The position numbers and the translations under genes are program-made. The notes under the pieces are model-generated. The model saw nothing but the letters and a program-made list of their open reading frames with translations. It was not told the origin of the DNA and ran no database searches. Shown in pieces: positions 62,301 through 64,000 of a stretch of 64,000 nucleotides of DNA; positions within the stretch are counted from its first letter, which is position 1; the number at the start of each line of letters is the position of its first letter. The stretch spans positions 392,665 to 456,664 of the forward strand of contig JAAOMT010000515.1 in assembly GCA_016748015.1 (NCBI GenBank), read 5' to 3'. The DNA is from Geosiphon pyriformis uo1 (taxonomy: Eukaryota; Fungi; Glomeromycota).

Positions 62301-63009
62301 GAGTTTTAAATATTTTTTTAACAGAATAATTCCAATTTAGTTCTAATTTTAGAATTATTAATTTCATAGTAATTTTAATTATGTAATAAAACAGATAATT
62401 TTATAAATTTGTCTTACTTTATTATTTAATAATACAAAAATTAACATTTAATATTAGTGATATTTTTATTATAAACACAAAAAAATAAATATAATATACT
62501 ATAAAACAATAATAACATAAAATTTTTTTATATATAAAAAGAAAAATTAGTTATAAATTTCAAACATATTATTTTTTCATTATAAACTTATTTATTATTT
62601 AAAATAATATAATATTTATCAAGTTTTTATTTTTAAAAAATATTACAAAATATTTCTGTTAATATAAGAAATATTAATTAAAAATCAATATAATTTAAAT
62701 TAAATTAATCAATTATAGAACTTATAAATATTGGTTTTAGTAAAGCAAATTTTTTAATATCTTTATAAATAAAAAATACGCTGTTGTAATATATTCTAAT
62801 ACAATTACAATATTTATTGTGTATATATAATAATAAAATAGCTTGAGTTTATTAATATATATATATAATATATTGCAAAAAAAATTGAACAAAAATACAT
62901 ATCACAAAACTTGATACAGTTTAACCAATTTTAGTTAATTTGTAATAGTTTAATTAAAAAATAAATATTAAATAAATGGCTAATATATAATAAATTTTTT
63001 TTATTAAAA

Positions 63010-63460
63010 TTTTTTTTTCCACATTAAAGAAATACAATTTGATTTAATTTGGCAAACTCTATTACAGTCTTTTGTTAAAGACCAATTAACTGCATTATAA
63101 TTAACTTAATTTTACCAAACTCAAAAAATACAGCTATTACAGTTTTTTTTGGAATTTAGATTAAAATTTTCTTGATAAACATTTCCTAATTTAAATGATG
63201 GTATACACACTTGAAATTATCATTTGAAATTATGTCATTTTTTACAGCCAGGCTCAATTCAAAAGTAAACGTCAATCCGATGATTCTCTAAAATTTAGAG
63301 AAAGTAAAAAATCCTCTTTCAAAACCAACTATTAATGTAAATATTTTTTTACAATCTGCAATTTTTCTTAAGATTTTCCATCCAAAACTAACAAATTCAC
63401 AACTTTTTTCTTAAGCAAAGAAGGAAGAGTTGACAAAAGTGTGGTTTCAAATCAATCCTA
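63010..63460 (-). mobile_element. LINE ORF1 relic
   Basis: Reverse strand reads EFGKIKLIIMQLIGL*Q-TVIEFAK (cf. LINE-B EFGKIKSIKIQLIGLWQKTVVEFAD) and GKS*EKLQIVKK (cf. LINE-A GKSSQEKLCFIRK). Confidence 0.7.
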
Positions 63461-63515
63461 TCATTATTATTATTATTCTTAAGTACATTAAGGTTTGGTG
63501 CTTCAAGGGGTTCTA

Positions 63516-64000
63516 CAGAGGGCGTCCAAAAGTTTCCGAACAAACTTTGGAGTAACATTCCACATGCTTGAATAATTAGAAAAGCACGAGTTTATTACTA
63601 AATTAAGTTAGTTAATTATTTAATTACGCGTTTTTTTTTTAAAACACGCGTGTATAATGTTTTTTCGCGACGCGCATAATCGATTTTATTCATACTCGTT
63701 TTTTTATAAAAATGAAATGTAACGCGCATATAAGATTTTTTAGTCGTTTTTATTAAAACGAAATGGGAGCAAAAAAAGAATTAACGATTGCTCAACGTAA
63801 TAATATATGCTTATTACAACAGCATTGCAAGAAATATCGTGATATTGCCAACATAGTCAATTGCAGCTTGACAACAGTTTCGGGTACAATAAAACGATTT
63901 AAAAAAACTGGTTCAATTGATTCAAGACCTCGTTCAGGACGTCCACGTTTATTTATTCACCAAAAATATCGCCTACTTAAACGTTTAGTAACACTTAATG
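63516..64000 (+). mobile_element. Tc1/mariner DNA transposon, 5' end (truncated by the window)
   Basis: TA (63514-63515) followed by CAGAGGGCGTCCAAAAGTTT, a Tc1-like TIR start. A transposase ORF follows. Confidence 0.8.
63763..64000 (+). CDS. Tc1-like transposase N-terminus (paired-type HTH + GRPR), partial
   Basis: MGAKKELTIAQRNNICLL...YRDIANIVNCSLTTVSGTIKRFKKTGSIDSRPRSGRPRL, open to the window end. Confidence 0.85.
   Translation, partial: MGAKKELTIAQRNNICLLQQHCKKYRDIANIVNCSLTTVSGTIKRFKKTGSIDSRPRSGRPRLFIHQKYRLLKRLVTLN

Noticed and set aside
1-64000. Prokaryotic operon or defence-system interpretation (response regulator, DUF924, RT)
   Set aside because: The genes have spliceosomal introns, ARL1 is eukaryote-specific, and the RTs belong to LINEs rather than retrons or DGRs. 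No rRNA or tRNA genes were recognised.

Overview
AT-rich, intron-containing eukaryotic DNA. The gene and transposon repertoire looks like an early-diverging fungus (Mucoromycota/Glomeromycota, reminiscent of Geosiphon); this assignment is inference. 1-25 kb is gene-bearing: a class-3 lipase-like gene lacking the catalytic Ser, a DUF924 gene, two inverted paralogous NAD(P)-binding (BLVRB-like) genes, ARL1 with micro-exons, two small secreted proteins, a hypothetical gene and a stand-alone response-regulator receiver. 25-40 kb is a pseudogene graveyard: Crinkler-type NTPase+nuclease, multicopper oxidase, lipase and kinase relics. 40-64 kb is a transposon nest with two head-to-tail full-length degenerate LINEs (ORF1 + APE-RT-RNaseH-CCHC), a solo LTR inserted into one of them, an ORF1-only non-autonomous element, nearly erased LINE relics and the start of a young Tc1/mariner element. 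Main findings: (i) an ORF1-only 'half-LINE' that carries the same 3' tail as the autonomous LINEs, including a covarying 8-bp stem/5-nt loop; (ii) C>T/G>A hypermutation, not limited to CpG, that turns transposons into the AT deserts; (iii) a conserved ATGA stop-start overlap between LINE ORF1 and ORF2. All exon models and alignments were done by eye.
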